From assembly GCF_003214255.1 (NCBI RefSeq), contig NZ_CP029011.1, positions 150,001 through 182,000 of the forward strand: a stretch of DNA of 32,000 nucleotides, written 5' to 3'. Made by a program: the position numbers and the translations under genes. Position 1 is the first letter of the stretch. Each line of letters starts with the position of its first letter. The stretch comes from Candidatus Karelsulcia muelleri. GTDB taxonomy: Bacteria; Bacteroidota; Bacteroidia; Flavobacteriales; Blattabacteriaceae. Below the pieces are notes generated by a model. That model saw nothing but the letters and a program-made list of their open reading frames with translations, had not been told where the DNA came from and searched no databases. Below are positions 19,620 through 26,353 of this stretch, piece by piece.

Positions 19620-19663
19620 TTTTTTTCCCCCATAAAATCAAATAAAATCAACGGGGAGGAGGT

Positions 19664-20980
19664 TTATTTAAGTCGAAATAAAATTTTTATTGGAATTCCA
19701 GTAAAATTAAATTTTTCTCTTAATTTTTTTTCTATAAATCTTTTATATGATTTTTTTATTAAATTGGGATAATTAGAAAAAAATATAAATTGAGGATTAT
19801 ATGTTGGTAATTGACTACAATATTTTATTGTAATTGGTTTTCCATTTATTAATGGATGAGGATATTTATTTATAATAGGTAACATAATTTTATTTAGTAA
19901 ACTGGTTTTTATTTTTAATTTTAATTTAAATGCAATTTTAATTGCAGTTTTTAGAGATTTAATTAAATTTTTTTTTTTATAAGATGAAGTAAAAAATATA
20001 GGAACATCCTTAAAAGGAGCTATTATTTTTTTAATTTTTTTTTTAAAAATTTTTTCTAAAAATTTATTTTTAATTAAATCACATTTATTTATTAATAAAA
20101 TAATTCCTTTATTATTATTTTCAATAATTTTAAAAATCTTAAGATCTTGAGATTCCATTCCAGATATACTATCTATTAAAAGGAGACATACATCGGAATT
20201 TTTAATGGATTTAATGGCTCTCATTACAGAATAAAATTCTATATTTTCTTTTATTTTCTTTTTTTTTCTAATTCCAGCAGTATCTACTAATATACATTCA
20301 ATTCCAAATTTTTTATAAAACACTTCTAAACTATCTCTTGTTGTTCCAGAAATATTAGAAACAATATTCTGATTTTTCTTTAAAAGTGTATTTATTAATG
20401 TTGATTTTCCAACATTAGGACGTCCTACTATAGCTAGTTTGGGGATAAACTGATTTTTTTTTTTAACAAACAAATCAGTTTCAGTATTTTTAAATATTTC
20501 AACAATTGAATCTAATAACTCTCCTGTTCCAGCTCCATTAATAGAAGAAATACAATATTTTTTTGAAAAACCAAGTTTAAAAAACTCTGAAATATTTTCT
20601 TTCTTCTTTAAAAGATCAATTTTGTTGATTACTAAATAAATAGTTTTTTTTAATTTATGTAAAATTTTTGAAATTTCGTAATCAATTTCTAAAATTTTAT
20701 TACTGGGATCTACTAAAAAAAGTATAAGATCTGATTCTTCTAATGCAAAAAAAAATTGTTCACAAATTTTTTTATCAAAAATATTATTAAATTTATTAGT
20801 ATAACCTCCAGTATCTATTAAACAAAAATCTATTCCATTCCAATTGCAAAACCCATAATTTCTATCTCTAGTAACGCCACTTTTAGAATTAACTATAGAT
20901 TTTTTATATCCTATTAACCGATTAAAAAGTGTTGATTTTCCAACATTAGAACGTCCTACTATAGAAACTAGTTTAGTCAT
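19664..20980 (-). CDS. der: Ribosome-associated GTPase Der (EngA), double GTPase domain
   Basis: 438 aa. There are two P-loops (GRSNVGKST and GRPNVGKST), two DTGG/DTAG motifs, two NKID/NKCD motifs and a KH-like C-terminus. Confidence 0.95.
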   Translation of the reverse strand: MTKLVSIVGRSNVGKSTLFNRLIGYKKSIVNSKSGVTRDRNYGFCNWNGIDFCLIDTGGYTNKFNNIFDKKICEQFFFALEESDLILFLVDPSNKILEIDYEISKILHKLKKTIYLVINKIDLLKKKENISEFFKLGFSKKYCISSINGAGTGELLDSIVEIFKNTETDLFVKKKNQFIPKLAIVGRPNVGKSTLINTLLKKNQNIVSNISGTTRDSLEVFYKKFGIECILVDTAGIRKKKKIKENIEFYSVMRAIKSIKNSDVCLLLIDSISGMESQDLKIFKIIENNNKGIILLINKCDLIKNKFLEKIFKKKIKKIIAPFKDVPIFFTSSYKKKNLIKSLKTAIKIAFKLKLKIKTSLLNKIMLPIINKYPHPLINGKPITIKYCSQLPTYNPQFIFFSNYPNLIKKSYKRFIEKKLREKFNFTGIPIKILFRLK

Positions 20981-20985
20981 TTAAT

Positions 20986-21843
20986 TTATAATATATGTTT
21001 ATATGCATTATAAGAAGATCTTACTAAGGGGCCACTTTCTACATATAAAAAACCCATATCTAATGCAATTTTTTCATATTTTTTAAAAAGAAAAGGATGA
21101 ATAAAATTTTTTACAGGTAAATGTTTAATAGAAGGAGATAAATATTGTCCAATAGTAATAATATCTATTTTAGCTTTTTTACTATCTTTTAAAGTTTGGA
21201 TTACTTCTTCTTCAGTTTCCCCTAATCCTAACATTATTCCAGTTTTGGTTCTTATATTACTTTTTAATTTTATGTATTTTAATACATTAATACTACGATC
21301 ATATTTAGCTTGAACTCGAACTTTTTTAGTTAATCTACGTACAGTTTCTATATTATGTGATATTACTTCTGGTTTTTCATTTAGAATAAGATTGATTAAA
21401 TCTTTTCTTCCTTTAAAATCAGGAATTAATGTTTCTAATGTTAAATTCTCATTTAAATTTTTTATAGCTTTTATTGTTTTAACCCATATAATGGCTCCCA
21501 TATCTTTTAAATCATCTCTATCTACTGATGTAATTACTGCATGTTTAATATTCAAAATTTTTATTGAATGAGCAACTTTTTTGGGTTCTTCAAAATCAAT
21601 TTTTTGGGGTTTGCCAGTTTTGATGCCACAAAATTTACAGGATCTTGTACAAATATTTCCTAATATCATAAAAGTAGCTACTCCTTTTCCCCAACATTGT
21701 CCTATATTAGGACAACTACCACTATTACAAATAGTATTTATATTATTTGATAATTTAAGAATATTATTATAATTTTTTCCTAGTGGAAATTTTCCATGTA
21801 ACCATTTAGGTTTTAAATTAACAAATTTTTTGTCCAGAACCAT
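20986..21843 (-). CDS. lipA: Lipoyl synthase
   Basis: 285 aa. The auxiliary cluster motif is CNSGSCPNIGQC and the radical SAM motif is CTRSCKFCGI. The C-terminus is SGPLVRSSY. Confidence 0.95.
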   Translation of the reverse strand: MVLDKKFVNLKPKWLHGKFPLGKNYNNILKLSNNINTICNSGSCPNIGQCWGKGVATFMILGNICTRSCKFCGIKTGKPQKIDFEEPKKVAHSIKILNIKHAVITSVDRDDLKDMGAIIWVKTIKAIKNLNENLTLETLIPDFKGRKDLINLILNEKPEVISHNIETVRRLTKKVRVQAKYDRSINVLKYIKLKSNIRTKTGIMLGLGETEEEVIQTLKDSKKAKIDIITIGQYLSPSIKHLPVKNFIHPFLFKKYEKIALDMGFLYVESGPLVRSSYNAYKHIL

Positions 21844-21854
21844 AAAACAATTTT

Positions 21855-22007
21855 TTAAAATTTTTTAATTTTTTTTGGAGTAAGGAAGGTTCTTTTTTTT
21901 TTTCTTCTTCTCGCTAATAATTTTCTTCCATTTTTACTACTCATTCTTTTTCTAAACCCATGATTATTTAATCTTCTAATATTAGAAGGTTGATAAGTTC
22001 TCTTCAT
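21855..22007 (-). CDS. rpmH: 50S ribosomal protein L34 (bL34)
   Basis: Hand translation gives [50 protein letters not shown] (50 aa). This matches the bL34 signature MKRT[FY]QPS…HGFR.RM.[ST].NGR..L..RR. It is too short to appear in the supplied ORF track. Confidence 0.9.
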   Translation of the reverse strand: MKRTYQPSNIRRLNNHGFRKRMSSKNGRKLLARRRKKKRTFLTPKKIKKF

Positions 22008-22070
22008 TAAAAATGAAAAATTTAATTAATAGATAAAAATATATAAAAAATTAAATTTTGTCTCTAACAA

Positions 22071-22949
22071 ATGAGTATTTTAATTAATAAATTTTCTAAA
22101 ATAATAGTACAAGGATTTACAGGAAAAGAAGGATCTTTTCATTCTCAGCAAATGATAGATTATGGAACCCCTATAATTGGAGGAGTTACTCCAGGTAAAG
22201 GAGGAAAAAAATTTTTAGGAAAACCAATTTTTAATACAGTAGAAGAAGCAGTAAAAGCATTAAATGCTAATGTTAGTATAATTTTTGTTCCACCTAGATA
22301 TGCCTATGATGCAATTATTGAATCAATAGATTCAGGAATAAAAATTATAGTATGTATAACGGAAGGAATTCCTAGATCAGATATGATCAAAATAAAAAAT
22401 TATATTAATTTGAAAAAAAAAACTATTTTAATAGGTCCAAATTGTCCGGGCATTATTACCCCTAATGAAGCAAAAGTAGGAATAATGCCAGGATTTATTT
22501 TTAAAAAAGGAAAAGTAGGAATTGTATCTAAATCAGGAACTCTTACCTATGAAGCAGCAGATCAAATCGTAAAATCAGGATATGGAATCTCTACGGCTGT
22601 AGGCATTGGAGGGGATCCTATTATTGGAACTACTATGAAATATATTATATCAGAATTTTTAAATGATTCAGAAACAGATATAATCGTTATTATAGGAGAA
22701 ATAGGAGGAAAATTAGAAATCGATGCTGCCAAATTTTTAAAATTAAAAAAAAAAAAAAAAATTTGTTTAAGTTTTATTGCTGGTCAAACGGCTCCAAAAG
22801 GAAGAACTATGGGACATGCTGGAGCTATAATAGGGCAGAAAAATGATACTGCTTTTTATAAAATGGAAATAATGAAAAAATGTGGAATATTTATAGTCAA
22901 ATCACCTTCCCAAATTGGAGAAAATTTAATGAAAATTAGTAATTTTTAA
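22071..22949 (+). CDS. sucD: Succinate--CoA ligase (ADP-forming) alpha subunit
   Basis: 292 aa. Conserved stretches are [32 protein letters not shown] and the catalytic His region MGHAGAII. The gene contains an A17 run at 22745..22761. Confidence 0.95.
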   Translation: MSILINKFSKIIVQGFTGKEGSFHSQQMIDYGTPIIGGVTPGKGGKKFLGKPIFNTVEEAVKALNANVSIIFVPPRYAYDAIIESIDSGIKIIVCITEGIPRSDMIKIKNYINLKKKTILIGPNCPGIITPNEAKVGIMPGFIFKKGKVGIVSKSGTLTYEAADQIVKSGYGISTAVGIGGDPIIGTTMKYIISEFLNDSETDIIVIIGEIGGKLEIDAAKFLKLKKKKKICLSFIAGQTAPKGRTMGHAGAIIGQKNDTAFYKMEIMKKCGIFIVKSPSQIGENLMKISNF

Positions 22950-23616
22950 TTAAAAATAAAAAAGAAAAAATTATAAAAATAACATTATTAAAAGAATGTA
23001 TTATTATACAATTTTTTATAGAAAAAGTAATTACATAATTAATACCAATTATTATTCCTATAATGACCCCACTTATAAATTGTATAGGATTATTATGAAT
23101 GAAACCAAATAAAAATGAAGACAAAATAATTGCTTTTATAGGGTTAACCTTCTGAATTAAGAATTCATTTAATATTATTTTTCTGAAAAAAATTTCTTCA
23201 CATAAAGGTGCTAATAATGTAAAAATTGGAATAAATGTATTTGGATAATTATATATTTTTATTAACAAATAATCTTTAAACGATAAATAATTTTTAAACG
23301 ATAAATAATTTTTAAACGATAAATAATTTTTAAACGATAAATAATTTTTATTAAAATTTTTTAAAAAAAAAATTGTTATATTTAGAAAAAAAGATAATAT
23401 TAAAAATATAGAAAAAGATTTATTTTTCATTGGTTTTTTCTTATTATTAAAAATCTTAAAAAAAATTAAAAAATATGGAAAAGCATAAAATGTATAAAAT
23501 AAAATTTCTTTAGAAAACCCTATTTTAAATAAACATTTTTTTAAAATTAAAGATATATTATTATAATATATATATATTATAATTTTTTTTTCCACATTCC
23601 ATAATGTTTTAAACAT
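22936..23616 (-). CDS. CPBP (CAAX/Abi) family intramembrane glutamic endopeptidase
   Basis: CPBP motifs are EEIFFRKII, FGFIHN and HSFNN in a polytopic membrane protein. I moved the start to Met 23616 because the listed ORF (to 23790) runs through two tRNA genes. The gene contains the (NYLSFK)4 repeat. Confidence 0.75.
   Translation of the reverse strand: MFKTLWNVEKKIIIYIYYNNISLILKKCLFKIGFSKEILFYTFYAFPYFLIFFKIFNNKKKPMKNKSFSIFLILSFFLNITIFFLKNFNKNYLSFKNYLSFKNYLSFKNYLSFKDYLLIKIYNYPNTFIPIFTLLAPLCEEIFFRKIILNEFLIQKVNPIKAIILSSFLFGFIHNNPIQFISGVIIGIIIGINYVITFSIKNCIIIHSFNNVIFIIFSFLFLIKNY
23278..23349. repeat. Perfect 4 x 18-bp tandem repeat (AAACGATAAATAATTTTT), in frame within the CPBP gene
   Basis: The copies lie at 23278, 23296, 23314 and 23332 and are identical. 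A degenerate fifth copy (about 12/18 matches) lies at 23260..23277. On the - strand the repeat encodes NYLSFK x4 followed by DYLLIK. Confidence 0.95.
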
Positions 23617-23621
23617 TTTTG

Positions 23622-23706
23622 TACCTGGAGTGGGATTTGAACCCACAAGATTATAATAATCCCTGAATTTTGAGTTCAGTACGTTTACCATTTTCGTCAT
23701 CCAGGT
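23622..23706 (-). tRNA. tRNA-Leu (anticodon CAA), class II
   Basis: Acceptor is ACCTGGA/TCCAGGT, anticodon stem CTGAA/TTCAG with loop CTCAAAA, a long variable arm, and T-arm GTGGG-TTCAAAT-CCCAC. No CCA is encoded. Confidence 0.88.
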
Positions 23707-23712
23707 TTTGTG

Positions 23713-23796
23713 TGCGGGTAAAGGGATTTGAACCCCCATATCTGTAAAGATACTAGATCCTAAATCTAGTGTGTATACCAATTTCACCATACCCGC
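23713..23796 (-). tRNA. tRNA-Leu (anticodon TAG), class II
   Basis: Acceptor is GCGGGTA/TACCCGC, D-arm GTGAAATTGGTATACAC, anticodon stem CTAGA/TCTAG with loop TTTAGGA, a long variable arm, and T-loop TTCAAAT. No CCA is encoded. Confidence 0.9.
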
Positions 23797-23799
23797 AGA

Positions 23800-23892
23800 T
23801 TATTTTTTCTTTTTATGTCTATTTAATCTACTTTTTTTTTTTCTTTTATGTGTCGCTATTTTTTTTCTTTTTCTTTTTTTTCCGTTTGGCAT
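23800..23892 (-). CDS. 30-aa lysine/arginine-rich micro-protein resembling ribosomal protein bS22 (AURKAIP1/COX24-like family of Bacteroidota)
   Basis: Hand translation gives MPNGKKRKRKKIATHKRKKKSRLNRHKKKK followed by a stop. The pattern MP.GKKRKR.K.ATHKRKK…NRHKKK matches, from memory, the conserved Bacteroidota/Actinobacteria bS22-type peptide. It is absent from the ORF track and lies 3 nt upstream of tRNA-Leu(TAG). Confidence 0.6.
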   Translation of the reverse strand: MPNGKKRKRKKIATHKRKKKSRLNRHKKKK

Positions 23893-23941
23893 ATAATTTT
23901 TTTTTTATAATATAAATAATTTACAATATTTTATTGTATCA

Positions 23942-24910
23942 TTAAAAAACCTTTTTCTTTAAATTAAAGACACTTCTTACTTTATTAATAGTATTAATTG
24001 CTATTTTTCTAGCTTTTTGGGCTCCTTTTTCTAAAATTGAATCTATTATTTTTATATTTTTAATATAAAAATTAAATTTTTTTCTTTCATTAGAAAAAAA
24101 ACATAATATATGTTTATATAATTTTATTTTTGCTTTTTCATATGAGGGATCCTCCATTAATTTTTTTTCAAATAAACAAAAATATTTTTTATTAAATAAT
24201 AATTTATATATATTATATATAATTTCATTTTTTAAATTTTTTTTTGAAAAAGTAGAATTACTACTTGTATGAATTTTCATAATTTGAGTTTTTATTTTTT
24301 CTTTAGAAGAAAAAATATCTATTGTATTTTTTCTAGATTTACTCATTTTATATCCATCAATTCCTGGAATTGCCATTGAAGTTTTTTTAATTTTAGCTTC
24401 TGGAATTAAAAATAAATTTTTAATTTGATTATTAATTTTTTTTGCAATTTTTCTAGTTATTTCAATATGTTGTAATTGATCTTTTCCTACAAAAACTATT
24501 TTTGAGTCAAAAAGTAATATATCTGCTGCCATTAATATTGGATATGTAAAAAGTCCAGTATTAATATTATTTTTTGATTTAAATGAATGAGATAATTTAA
24601 GTCTTTGGTAAGGAAAAAAACAATTTAAAAACCAAAAAAGTTCCGTTATTTGAGGAATATCTGATTGTCTATATAAAATTGCTTTATCTAATTTTAACCC
24701 ACAAGCTAACCATGCTGCTGCTATTTTATATGTATTATTTTTAATATTCTTAATAGATTTTATATTTGTAAATGAATGTAAATCAGCTATTAAAATAAAT
24801 ACTTCTTTTAAGGAAGTTTTACTATTTTTAATAGTTGGGAGCATTACTCCTAATAAATTTCCTATATGTGGAATCCCAGTACTTTGAATTCCTGTTAATA
24901 TTCTCGACAT
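23942..24910 (-). CDS. trpS: Tryptophan--tRNA ligase
   Basis: 322 aa. The class I HIGH-type motif is TGIPHIGN and the KMSKS motif is present (GYKMSKS). MAADILLF and GKDQLQHIEITR are typical of TrpRS. Confidence 0.95.
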   Translation of the reverse strand: MSRILTGIQSTGIPHIGNLLGVMLPTIKNSKTSLKEVFILIADLHSFTNIKSIKNIKNNTYKIAAAWLACGLKLDKAILYRQSDIPQITELFWFLNCFFPYQRLKLSHSFKSKNNINTGLFTYPILMAADILLFDSKIVFVGKDQLQHIEITRKIAKKINNQIKNLFLIPEAKIKKTSMAIPGIDGYKMSKSRKNTIDIFSSKEKIKTQIMKIHTSSNSTFSKKNLKNEIIYNIYKLLFNKKYFCLFEKKLMEDPSYEKAKIKLYKHILCFFSNERKKFNFYIKNIKIIDSILEKGAQKARKIAINTINKVRSVFNLKKKVF

Positions 24911-24952
24911 TTTTTTTATATTAAAACAATTTAAAAATCAAATTTTTATGAG

Positions 24953-26338
24953 ATGATAAAAATTTTTTTTACGCAAAAAGTATTTTCATTACTTATAATA
25001 ATATATATAATTTTACTTGTAATAGCTACTTTTATTGAAAAAAAATTTTCAACAGAAACTGCACAAGCTCTTATTTATTATTCTAAATGGTTTGAATTTT
25101 TCATGTTAATTTTAATAATTAACTTTATTGGTAATATAATTAAATATAAATTTTTTAATAAAAAAAAATTGCCAATATTTATTTTTCATATATCATTTAT
25201 ATTTATTTTTTTAGGAGGAGTAATATCAAGGTATTTTGGATATAATGGAACTTTGTCCCTTCGGGAAGGAGAAAAATCAAATAATTTAATTTCAAACAAA
25301 AAATATTTTAATATAAATTTATCTGATAATAATAATTGTCTTAAATCAAATATATATTATATATTATCTAATTTTAATAAAAATTATAAAAAAAGGTTTT
25401 TTTTAAAAAATTTGTTTTACAAAAACAATTTAATTTTTCAAATTGAAAATTATATTAAAAATGTAAAAGAAATATTCTTAGTTGATAAGTTTGGAATAAA
25501 ATATATTAATATTATTACTTATTTTAAAGGAAAACCAAACAATAATTTTCTTAAAGATGGAACTATTAAAAATATAGGAGGATTATATTTTAGTTTTAAT
25601 AAACACGTAAAAGGAATTATAAATTTTTGGGAAAAAGGAAATAAAATCTATATTCAAGCTCCAATTGAGATTTTTAATAAGAAAAAAAAAGAAACTGGAG
25701 TTATAAATCAGAATTTGATATCACAAATCATTTTAACTTCTTTTTATAGAATAAGAAATTTAAATTTTTTTATTGATAAATCTCCTTTTTTCGGAAATAT
25801 ATATTATATCCCTATTAATAATTATTATAATTATTCAAATTATCCTTCTTCTTTAAGAGCAAAAATTTTTAAAAATAAAAAAATTAAAAAATTTAATTTT
25901 TTAATAAAAAAAAATTTTAATTTAATAAAAACCAATATAAATTTAGGGGGAAAAATACTCTCTCTGAGATATGGTCAAAAAATATTAAACTTTCCTTTTT
26001 ATGTAAAATTAAAAAAATTTATTTTAGAGAAATATCCTGGTTCTTCCCAACCTTCTTCTTTTAAAAGTCAATTACAAATAATTGAGAAAGACAAAATAAT
26101 TAATTATAATATATATATGAATAATATTCTTGATTATAAAGGATTTAGATTTTTTCAATCTGGATATAATTCAGATGAAAAAGGTACTATTCTTTATGTG
26201 AGTCATGACTTTATAGGATATTTTATTTCATATATGGGGTATATATTTTTAATTATCGGTATGATTTTTACTTTTTTTTGGAAAGAAACTAGATTTTATA
26301 AATTAAAATCTAAACTTAATAGAGATATTCTTATTTAA
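24953..26338 (+). CDS. ccsB: System II cytochrome c biogenesis protein CcsB/ResB-like
   Basis: 461 aa. Three N-terminal TM helices are followed by a large extracytoplasmic domain, then a PGSSQPSSFKSQLQI… motif, RFFQSGY and a C-terminal TM helix, which is ResB architecture. It is in the same frame as ccsA and separated from it by one TAA. Confidence 0.8.
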   Translation: MIKIFFTQKVFSLLIIIYIILLVIATFIEKKFSTETAQALIYYSKWFEFFMLILIINFIGNIIKYKFFNKKKLPIFIFHISFIFIFLGGVISRYFGYNGTLSLREGEKSNNLISNKKYFNINLSDNNNCLKSNIYYILSNFNKNYKKRFFLKNLFYKNNLIFQIENYIKNVKEIFLVDKFGIKYINIITYFKGKPNNNFLKDGTIKNIGGLYFSFNKHVKGIINFWEKGNKIYIQAPIEIFNKKKKETGVINQNLISQIILTSFYRIRNLNFFIDKSPFFGNIYYIPINNYYNYSNYPSSLRAKIFKNKKIKKFNFLIKKNFNLIKTNINLGGKILSLRYGQKILNFPFYVKLKKFILEKYPGSSQPSSFKSQLQIIEKDKIINYNIYMNNILDYKGFRFFQSGYNSDEKGTILYVSHDFIGYFISYMGYIFLIIGMIFTFFWKETRFYKLKSKLNRDILI

Positions 26339-26353
26339 AAAATAATTCTCGGT

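Noticed and set aside
19631-19640. Alternative genetic code (UGA=Trp, table 4), as used by some co-resident insect symbionts, to extend ccoI further upstream
   Set aside because: Reading through TGA 19638..19640 reaches a TAA nine codons later without meeting an ATG. All other genes in the window are full length under the standard code.
19641-19663. GC-rich motif ACGGGGAGGAGG (plus strand; CCTCCTCCCCGT on the minus strand) between der and ccoI, considered as a Shine-Dalgarno site or terminator hairpin
   Set aside because: On the coding (minus) strand it reads as CCUCC-like rather than GGAGG. The possible 5-bp TCCCC/GGGGA stem is followed by an A-run, not a U-run, so it does not fit an intrinsic terminator. 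The plus-strand GGAGG has no start codon after it. I mention it only as context for the ccoI start problem.
23260-23349. The 18-bp repeats as a possible CRISPR array or mobile-element terminus
   Set aside because: The repeats are directly tandem with no spacers. They are in frame inside a membrane-protease gene, and no cas or transposase genes are present anywhere in the window.
23617-23790. N-terminal 58 residues of the listed 284-aa ORF (MVKLVYTLDLGSS…PGTK)
   Set aside because: This part of the ORF is the antisense or sense read-through of tRNA-Leu(CAA) and tRNA-Leu(TAG). The CPBP protein plausibly starts at Met 23616, 5 nt from the tRNA 3' end.
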